DNA of 28,284 nucleotides, taken from contig JAVKHO010000025.1 of the NCBI GenBank assembly GCA_031459915.1, forward strand, positions 1 through 28,284. The letters are read 5' to 3'. Below the pieces are notes generated by a model, which was given only the letters and a program-made list of their open reading frames with translations, was not told where the DNA came from and searched no databases. This document shows, in pieces, positions 28,061 through 28,284 of the stretch. Each line of letters opens with the position of its first letter. The stretch's first letter is position 1. The stretch is from Candidatus Tepidifontimicrobium thermophilum. Lineage in GTDB: Bacteria > Sysuimicrobiota > Sysuimicrobiia > Sysuimicrobiales > Sysuimicrobiaceae. A program made the translations under genes and the position numbers.

Positions 28061-28231
28061 CTGCCCCCCGGCTCCTGTCCCCCGGCCCTGTCCCCTGGCT
28101 CTGTCCCCGGGCCCTGTCCCCGGGCCCTGTCCCCGGGGCCCTGTCCCCTGGGCTCTGTCCCCGGGCCCTGTCCCCCTGGCCCTGTCCCCTGGGCCCTGTC
28201 CCCGGGCCCTGTCCCCTGGGCTCTGTCCCCC
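28061..28231. repeat. Tandem minisatellite, 13 units of 13-14 bp, core CTGTCCCC
   Basis: Units start at 28061 (degenerate), 28075, 28088, 28101, 28114, 28127, 28141, 28155, 28168, 28182, 28196, 28209 and 28223. Commonest unit is CTGTCCCCGGGCC. Confidence 0.97.
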
Positions 28232-28284
28232 TGCGCTGCGCCAGCAGGTGGCATCTGTGGGGTCTGCCGCCCCCGAGCTCCGAG

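Noticed and set aside
28039..28254. 71-aa ORF over the repeat, or a CRISPR array
   Set aside because: The translation just reflects the repeat in shifting phase. Units are 13-14 bp without unique spacers, so not CRISPR.

Overview
High-GC bacterial chromosome segment made mostly of core genes, mainly on the minus strand. In coordinate order: EF-G-like GTPase (EF-G2 type), D-2-hydroxyacid dehydrogenase, class I lysyl-tRNA synthetase, folC, folD, an LmeA/DUF2993-like exported protein, tRNA-Gly and tRNA-Tyr, DUF488, DUF2628-like protein, and the era-cdd-hemolysin(CNNM/CorC)-dgkA-ybeY-pgpH(7TM-HD) block. An argC-J-B-D-G-H-R operon follows, with a promoter overlapped by tandem ARG boxes and no argF/carAB. 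After it come a type II haloacid dehalogenase, Maf, an LLM-class oxidoreductase, a nitroreductase, tRNA-Phe and tRNA-Asp, pncB, a His-motif membrane-anchored protein and a DUF59/SufT-type protein. The unexplained material is at the two ends. At 1-219 a minus-strand frame missing from the ORF track reads like the middle of a stand-alone Cas1 (casposase-like) protein with its N-terminal domain gone. At 28061-28231 there is a 13-copy, 13-14 bp CTGTCCCC minisatellite. Other points of note are apparently leaderless promoters (argC, era, maf, DUF488), G37 in tRNA-Tyr, and competing hairpins over the RBS of the CNNM/CorC gene. All family calls come from motif recognition only; no database searches were run.
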